DNA of 56,380 nucleotides from Oculatellaceae cyanobacterium bins.114 (GTDB lineage Bacteria; Cyanobacteriota; Cyanobacteriia; Elainellales; Elainellaceae): NCBI GenBank assembly GCA_033764315.1, contig JANRJA010000226.1, positions 1 to 56,380 of the forward strand, read 5' to 3'. Shown piece by piece: positions 50,173 to 56,380 of this stretch (position 1 is its first letter; each line of letters starts with the position of its first letter). The notes under the pieces were generated by a model. It saw only the letters and a program-made list of their open reading frames with translations, ran no database searches and was not told where the DNA came from. The position numbers and the translations under genes were made by a program.

Positions 50173-52254
50173 TTAATTAGGGGCTGCCAGTTGTTGCCGC
50201 CAGGTTTGAATTTGCAACTGAGCAGCGGCGTAAGCTTCGGTTCGAGTTGGAATGGATTGGGCTGTAGCGATCGCCCGTTCTAAGTCATATGCCGCTTCTG
50301 ATTCGGCAATGCGTAACATTTCTTGGCTCCAGATATTAATCATTTGATCGGCTTCAGCCCGAGCGGGGCTACCGGCTGGCACCTGATTTGCCGTACGGAT
50401 CGCGTTCAGCAACATAGAGGCTGTGCCGATGCTGGCGTTGTCATAGGCCCGTTGCATGAGAGATTGCCCCTCAGTTTGATTGCGCCAACTGGTAATGGCA
50501 GATTGAGCTTCGTCATACAACGCCCGACCTGAGGCAATTTGTTGAGCCGTGGCGATCGCCCGATCAATATCGCCTGACGCTGCCAGTTGTCGAGCGCGAT
50601 CGAGATAAGGTTGGTCTTGAGTCGTTTGCACACGGGCTGTCCAATTGCGAATGCGTTCCCGTGCTTCACCATATAAGGCACGTCCTTCTTGAATGCGACT
50701 GGCTTGATTGATCGCCGCCTGCAATGAAGCAATATCTCCACCACTGGCTAGGCGGTCGGCCTCTGCCAAGAGTGGATTGTCTTCCATTGTTTGAATTTGC
50801 GTCGTCCAACGAGCGATTTCCGCTTGTGCCTCATCGCCACGAGGATTGTTGCGAGGAACCAGTTGAGCCTCAGCGATCGCCGCTGTCAAATCTTCGAGCG
50901 TGCCCGATTGTGCGATCTGACGTGCCATATCTAAGTGGCTAAGGTCTTGAATCTCTAGTTGCCACTGACCGATCAGGCGTTGTGCTCGGCTATAGAGGGG
51001 GCGATCTTGCTCTAACCGTTGTGCCTCAATAATGGCAGATTCTAGATCGGCAACTGTCCCTCCCCACGAGGCTTGATAGGCAGACGCAAGATAGGTAAAG
51101 TCTTGTACGGCGTCTTGCAAACCAGCCCGTTCTGGAATTTGGCTCAGAATCGAGAGGGCTTCTTCCGCATCCTGGCGATCGAGTTGGGCTTCTGCCAGAT
51201 CTATCATCTTTTCACCAATCTGCACCATCAAAGGTTGAGTTTGGGCATAACCCGGACTGTTAGGTTTAATTTCTTCCAAGACCTTGATGGCTGCCAACAA
51301 ATTTGATAAGCCACCCCGACGAATCAGCGTTCTTACCCGTGATAACTTAGTGCCTTCGACACGCGCTGTCTCAATTAAGGTATTGAGTTCTTGATACTTC
51401 GTTGTCTCCCAATAGGTATTGCCCACATACAACAACCGCACTGCCACCGAAAATGCCGTTCGCAAATCCTGTTTGTCGATCGCGGCTTCGGCTTCTTGAT
51501 AAATGGCTTCGGCTTCTGTCCAAATGGTTCGCCATTGCTTGATGCGGTCTTCTACCAAGGCGTGAGCTGACGTGTCTGTGGGAATCTGTTTGGCGATCGC
51601 CACAGCTTGATCGAGGTTGCCACTCTGAAATGCATTTTCCGCTAAATCAAGGATTGCCTTTGACCACTCCTCTATTGAACGGTTGACCTCTGGGCGCAAA
51701 GGGTGATCTTGAGGTAACTCATTCACCAGGGCGATCGCCTCTAACAAATCTTCAACGGTCTGCTTATTGGCCGCTAACTGAGCACAATACAGCCGCAATG
51801 AGCCAGAGGCAGTGGGCCAAAAAATAGCAGGGCAATTGGGCAAGGCAGGCAACTTCAGCAACAACGCCGCCGCTAACCCTCCTGCACCACTCATGGCAAT
51901 CACCAAAGCAATCACCCAAAATTGCCATTTTCTTAGAAACGGCAACCGAGGTGGACGTGGCTCTCGATGGCGTCGCTTGGGCGGAGTTAGCATTTCCTGC
52001 CAAGGCTGATCGGAGTGAGTAGGATGGGGCGATCGCAGAGGAAGTTGGGGCTGTGGCTGTGGAGCTTGAGATCGAGGTGTGGGGGGTTGAGTTCGAGGCA
52101 ACCGCTCTATCGGGCGCGGCACTCGTGGTGAAGCAACCGATGGGGGAGTAGGGCGGTAGGGAGGCACAGGCGTATCTGAACCTGGCACTCGCTTAGGCGA
52201 TCGCCCCCCTTGGCGATTGAAACGGGGTTCTGGCGTTTCGCGCTCTTTGCTCAT
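50173..52254 (-). CDS. Membrane-anchored helical-repeat protein of unknown function
   Basis: Pro-rich N-terminus, one TM helix, LPALPNCPAIFWPTASGSLRLYCA, repeated AI..A..I...RALY.EA....W units. Confidence 0.8.
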   Translation of the reverse strand: MSKERETPEPRFNRQGGRSPKRVPGSDTPVPPYRPTPPSVASPRVPRPIERLPRTQPPTPRSQAPQPQPQLPLRSPHPTHSDQPWQEMLTPPKRRHREPRPPRLPFLRKWQFWVIALVIAMSGAGGLAAALLLKLPALPNCPAIFWPTASGSLRLYCAQLAANKQTVEDLLEAIALVNELPQDHPLRPEVNRSIEEWSKAILDLAENAFQSGNLDQAVAIAKQIPTDTSAHALVEDRIKQWRTIWTEAEAIYQEAEAAIDKQDLRTAFSVAVRLLYVGNTYWETTKYQELNTLIETARVEGTKLSRVRTLIRRGGLSNLLAAIKVLEEIKPNSPGYAQTQPLMVQIGEKMIDLAEAQLDRQDAEEALSILSQIPERAGLQDAVQDFTYLASAYQASWGGTVADLESAIIEAQRLEQDRPLYSRAQRLIGQWQLEIQDLSHLDMARQIAQSGTLEDLTAAIAEAQLVPRNNPRGDEAQAEIARWTTQIQTMEDNPLLAEADRLASGGDIASLQAAINQASRIQEGRALYGEARERIRNWTARVQTTQDQPYLDRARQLAASGDIDRAIATAQQIASGRALYDEAQSAITSWRNQTEGQSLMQRAYDNASIGTASMLLNAIRTANQVPAGSPARAEADQMINIWSQEMLRIAESEAAYDLERAIATAQSIPTRTEAYAAAQLQIQTWRQQLAAPN

Positions 52255-52515
52255 ATCTCAACACGCCCACACGACAACTTGCAGATGAATTCTAGACAGT
52301 TGTCATCCTATCCTTCAATCTTCCAAAAAGCCACTTTCCACTGATAACTGTCGTCACAAAAATTTTAGGAGACGATGATTCACAAGAGTCTTGGGGATGC
52401 GCCCCTGTGCCCTCGTCTTACGGCACCGTTTGGCTGAGGCTCACGACGAAGCCTGTCCTTATTAAGGGGAGGTTGAGGGGAGCCGCATTTGCACTGTTTT
52501 CAAATCAAATTGGTC

Positions 52516-52621
52516 TAATACCAACTTGATTTAAAAACACGGCAGATCCCTGTACGGGCTTGGCACTGCCAAGCCCCTCCCAAACTTCGATGTGCCCCAA
52601 AATCCGTTTAAATTGGCCTCA
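52516..52621. repeat. TAATACCAA-ended MITE remnant with REP cargo
   Basis: Cargo GGGCTTGGCA-C-TGCCAAGCCC at 52556-52576. Confidence 0.55.
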
Positions 52622-52679
52622 TTTCACACCGTCGCCTTTCTAAAGGTGTCTCAGCGAGGGAGCCGACGTCAGATAGGTA

Positions 52680-52786
52680 CGCGATGTGCAACTTAGAGGT
52701 TTAGATCCCCGGTTGCTCGTTCAGTATCCTCAAAGTAGTCTGATTTGCGTCACAGCAACCGGGGATCTGGGGAAAGTCGCACACGG
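52680..52786. repeat. AGATCCCCGG-family inverted repeat nested in outer inverted arms
   Basis: Inner AGATCCCCGGTTGCT..AGCAACCGGGGATCT (52703-52768). Outer CGATGTGCAACTT / AAGTCGCACACG. Confidence 0.7.
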
Positions 52787-53619
52787 GGTGATAGGTATAA
52801 AACAGGATTGAACTAGCTTGATGCGACTTTGAAAATTCTGAGCTGTTTTTCCGGAAGGAGGAATCCTGGTTCCGGAATTAAGTGTAAGTACTGGCTTTTC
52901 TGTCACTTTTTGAAGGGAGGATTCAATAGTTTAGTAAGCCGCACGAATTTGACTCAGTAATATCCTCTAGCTTTATTGAGCTAGATTTTATTAGAGCTTT
53001 ATACATTTAGGTATCAAAACTCACTATGGATAAAGAGTCAATGAATTGGGCGATCGCTGATGGCAGTATTTAATACAATTTTAGATACTGTGATTTAACG
53101 ACTAACGAATTAGAGTTAATCATCTAACAGGTAAAGTTAATCAATATTGAGTTTATACAGGGTAATCTTTTCCAAGGCGTTGCGTTGACGTGTTTGTACT
53201 TTAGAAACCCATCCAGATTATTGGACAAGCGTTCTAATCACTAAAACCAATATTGTATTAAGTCATCTGTATCTATGTATCTACTCGCATCTACCCCTAA
53301 AAAGTGTGAGTAGCGATCGCTACCTGCATTCAAATTGGTTTAAAACCACCTGACATGAGTCTCATTCTTGACAACATATCTCGATAGCACTCAGTCATTG
53401 TTTAGGTCGTTTTGAACCATCTAACTCACATTCCACACTTCTACTAATAGTGCTCACTAGTCAATGACTACGCTTTCAAAAAGCTAGCCTAAATGCGCTT
53501 TGCATGATCTAAAGAGTAGTATTTTTGAGTTGCTTTTCCTGTTGCATACAACCTGCGGAATGTCGGTGCTAAAAAACCTTGCAGATTTGCAGAATTAACT
53601 TAGAGGATTTTCCAGAACC

Positions 53620-55290
53620 ATGTCATCACAAACTAGAGCTTGGCTCGACAAATTAACTAGCGGTAGTAGTCTTAGTACTCGTTCAAACCGCTCTAACCTG
53701 TTTGAACAATCTAACGATCGCTCAACTAGTATTAATACCCGCTCCAGTTCTGGGACAAATCTTGCTCTTGCTGTCTCAACACCGACCAGAGATAGAACCG
53801 CACCAACAGCCCGCCTTGCGATTACAAACATTACATCTAAGATCGGGTCGGTTCAAACTTTCAACGTAGTTTATATCGATCGCGGAGGCAGTGGTCTTCG
53901 GCGAGCAACCATTGGTACCGGAGATATTACGGTGACAGGTCCTAATGGCTTTAGCCAACTGGCAAGCCTCACCGGAAGCGTGAAAATCAACGCTAAACGT
54001 ACCCGTGCAGTCGCAACCTACAGTATTGTCTCGAAAGATGGAGCATGGGACTCGACAGAAAACGGAACCTATACGCTCTCTCTTGGCAGACGACAGGTAA
54101 GTGATGCCAGAAGAAACTTTGCTCGTCCTAGAGCTTTAGGTAGCATGCAAGTCAACGTACCTAACCCTCTGCCTACTGCGGCTCTTACCTCTCAAGGTTT
54201 TACAGGAACAGCAGATTACACATTCAGCGTCAACTATGCGGATGACTCCAGCATCAATCCAGCCTCTATTGATGGCAATGACATTCTAGTCACTGGACCC
54301 AATAGTTTTAGCCAATTGGCATCACTAGTGAGTGTAGCTGCCACCAGCAATGGTAGCCAGACAGCAACCTACCGTATTACTGCGGCAGGAGGGACTCTAG
54401 ATGCCACCGATAACGGCACTTATACCATTGCACTCCAGGCAAACCAGGTCGGTGATATCCAAGGTGGTTTTGCTCCAACGGCTAACCTGGGCACGTTTGA
54501 CATCAATGTCAGCACCATACCGCCTTCAGCAACCCTTTCTCCTATTGAAAGTATTCTAGGAACACAGGGAGCTAAGACGTTTACTGTTACCTATGCCGAT
54601 AATGGCGCCGTGACTAGAAGCTCGGTTGACTCCAATGACATTCTAGTTACGGGACCCAACGGCTTTAGTCAGTTGGCAACATTAATAGGGGTTAACCTCA
54701 ACGCCGACTCTCCAAGTCTAGTAGCGACCTATCAAGTCACTCCTCCTGGTGGCACCTGGGATGATACAGAGAGCGGTCTGTATGGAGTGACGTTACAGCC
54801 AAACCAAATTCGGGACAATGAAGCCAACTTCAGCGTTCAGAGCTTGTTGGGCACTTTTGTCGTGAATCCTTCAAGGGTTCGCCTTGAGGCAGAATCGTTC
54901 ACTCAAAATAGACAAAACATTCGGGTTGAGAGCAAAACCTTTGTCTCTGGGGGGCAGGTTATTCGGGTTGACCGATTGTTAAATGGCTCAACTGGAACGG
55001 CTGCTACAACCTTTACGGGGGCTTCTGGTCGTTATGATGTTCGAGTTGGCTACTTCGACGAAAACGATGGGACTTCTCAAATTACCATTCGCTTGGGCAA
55101 CCTGGAGCTACCTACCATTCAACTCAACCGAGACTTAGGTAGCAGTAATGCTGATACACCAACGAGCTATGTTCAAGAAACGATCGCTACGGGTGTAACG
55201 CTTAACCAAAATGATCTCGTTACCTATGTTGGAACGTTTAGCGGGGGTGAAGCGGCGCGATTTGACTACATTGAGTTTATTCAAGTCTAG
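53620..55290 (+). CDS. Putative surface protein: three Ig-like repeats plus C-terminal CBM-like domain
   Basis: DI(T/L)VTGPN(G/S)FSQLA three times. C-terminal RLEAES..YDVRVGYFDENDG..ARFDYIEF. Confidence 0.75.
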   Translation: MSSQTRAWLDKLTSGSSLSTRSNRSNLFEQSNDRSTSINTRSSSGTNLALAVSTPTRDRTAPTARLAITNITSKIGSVQTFNVVYIDRGGSGLRRATIGTGDITVTGPNGFSQLASLTGSVKINAKRTRAVATYSIVSKDGAWDSTENGTYTLSLGRRQVSDARRNFARPRALGSMQVNVPNPLPTAALTSQGFTGTADYTFSVNYADDSSINPASIDGNDILVTGPNSFSQLASLVSVAATSNGSQTATYRITAAGGTLDATDNGTYTIALQANQVGDIQGGFAPTANLGTFDINVSTIPPSATLSPIESILGTQGAKTFTVTYADNGAVTRSSVDSNDILVTGPNGFSQLATLIGVNLNADSPSLVATYQVTPPGGTWDDTESGLYGVTLQPNQIRDNEANFSVQSLLGTFVVNPSRVRLEAESFTQNRQNIRVESKTFVSGGQVIRVDRLLNGSTGTAATTFTGASGRYDVRVGYFDENDGTSQITIRLGNLELPTIQLNRDLGSSNADTPTSYVQETIATGVTLNQNDLVTYVGTFSGGEAARFDYIEFIQV

Positions 55291-55306
55291 ATGTCTTGAC
55301 GGTGGC

Positions 55307-55395
55307 TATAGCAATCCCAGATGAGTTTTGAGAGGCACTCCGGAGGGGTGCCTCTCAAAACCTGCCCATCTCACAAATGATTTAGGACTGCTATA
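55307..55395. mobile_element. MITE with TATAGCAATCC / GGACTGCTATA TIRs and hairpin cargo
   Basis: Cargo GTTTTGAGAGGCACTCC-GGA-GGGGTGCCTCTCAAAAC. Abuts a second element starting TATAGCTGTAGCCAC at 55394. Confidence 0.75.
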
Positions 55396-55516
55396 TAGCT
55401 GTAGCCACACAGCTTAGGACACTAGATTTAAACGGGGTGTGGGAGTGATGCTCTTAACTAGAGATGGAATCCCTACACCCCTTTTTAAGCAACCTGATTG
55501 GTGGTATTTCGCTTTT

Positions 55517-56380
55517 CTACGATTCGGCTTGCAAATCCAGGATGAGTTGTTGCAGTTCATTGCTGTTGGCTCGATAAACCTCGCTACAAAAATGACACAC
55601 TGCCTCGGCTCCATCATCTTTTTCAATCATGTCTTGCAGTTCGTCTTGACCCAACATCTTCAGAGCACCCAAAACGCGATCGAAGGAACACCCACAATGA
55701 AACCGGAGCATTTGCGTTTCTGGGAAGATCTCTAGGCCCATATCGCCTAACAATTCTTCAAATATTTGGGAGAGAGACTTGCCAGCTTGTAACAGAGGAG
55801 TGAACCCTGCTAGCTTGGCAATTCGAGCTTCTAACTCCTCAACTAAGGCTTCGTCTCTAGCGGCTTTAGGAAGTACCTGAATGAGCAATCCTCCAGCGGC
55901 TGTGACCCCTTCTGCCCCGACAAACACTCCTAACACCACAGCAGAGGGGGTTTGCTCTGAGCTGACGAGATATTGGGTGATATCTTCACCAATCTCACCA
56001 GACACTAACTCCACTGTGCTGGAGTAAGGATAGCCATAGCCAACATCACGCACTACATAGAGATAGCCTTTGTGTCCGACGGCTCCACCCACATCGAGTT
56101 TGCCGATGGCGTTGGGGGGTAACTCAATTGATGGATTATCGACATAGCCACGCACGGTGCCATCGGGGCCTGCGTCTACTAAGATGCCGCCGAGTGGACC
56201 ATCCCCTTTGACTCGAATATTCACTCGTGAATCAATACGCTTCATGCTAGAGGCTAGCAACAATCCAGCTGACATGGTACGCCCCAAAGCTGCGCTGGCA
56301 ACGTAGGAGAGCTGATGGCGTTGTCTCGCTTCTTCTGTGAGGCGGGTTGTAATCACCCCAACTGCCCGAATGCCACCCTC
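55517..56380 (-). CDS. hslO: Hsp33 redox-regulated chaperone, 5' end outside window
   Basis: GDGPLGGI, SGEIGEDI..Y..SEQTPS, AAGGLLIQ, Zn ligands CGC and CHFC. Confidence 0.95.
   Translation of the reverse strand, partial: EGGIRAVGVITTRLTEEARQRHQLSYVASAALGRTMSAGLLLASSMKRIDSRVNIRVKGDGPLGGILVDAGPDGTVRGYVDNPSIELPPNAIGKLDVGGAVGHKGYLYVVRDVGYGYPYSSTVELVSGEIGEDITQYLVSSEQTPSAVVLGVFVGAEGVTAAGGLLIQVLPKAARDEALVEELEARIAKLAGFTPLLQAGKSLSQIFEELLGDMGLEIFPETQMLRFHCGCSFDRVLGALKMLGQDELQDMIEKDDGAEAVCHFCSEVYRANSNELQQLILDLQAES

Noticed and set aside
50038-50283. 81-aa hydrophobic ORF, and a SEC-C-like GKFKNCC reading on the opposite strand
   Set aside because: Derived from the 55-bp duplication and overlaps a real gene end. 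The SEC-C-like reading lacks the first CxC and a start codon.
1-56380. CRISPR array, tRNA, rRNA
   Set aside because: No regularly spaced identical repeats with unique spacers, no cas genes, and no tRNA or rRNA signature seen by eye.

Overview
Gene-dense cyanobacterial chromosomal window. The HIP1 octamer GCGATCGC is very frequent and there is a phycobiliprotein lyase, zds and labA; a filamentous Leptolyngbya/Oculatella-like source is my inference. Most genes are housekeeping or metabolic (zds, typA, glmU, leuA, cobM, hslO, ribokinase, aldolase). There are also nucleotide-signalling genes (REC-HD-GYP, FecR + CHASE2 cyclase, SulP-STAS-cNMP, a stand-alone MshEN-like protein), cell-wall enzymes and two large repeat-rich surface proteins. 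I found no rRNA, tRNA, CRISPR array or prophage. Intergenic DNA is crowded with small mobile repeats: one intact REP-associated tyrosine transposase (RAYT) with cognate REPs, several TA-ended MITE families carrying REP-like hairpins inside them, and a very short dispersed repeat. The most unusual observations are: (1) a 79-aa peptide with five synonymously diverged I[PT]PPIG repeats ending 1 nt before a class II aldolase start; (2) an orphan structured small-RNA candidate divergent from cobM; (3) an AT-rich methyltransferase / SulP-STAS-cNMP / dCache-HAMP trio whose receptor has no recognisable output domain; (4) REP-inside-MITE composites; (5) possible decayed attC-like cassette ends. Product calls rest on motif recognition by eye; no database search was run.
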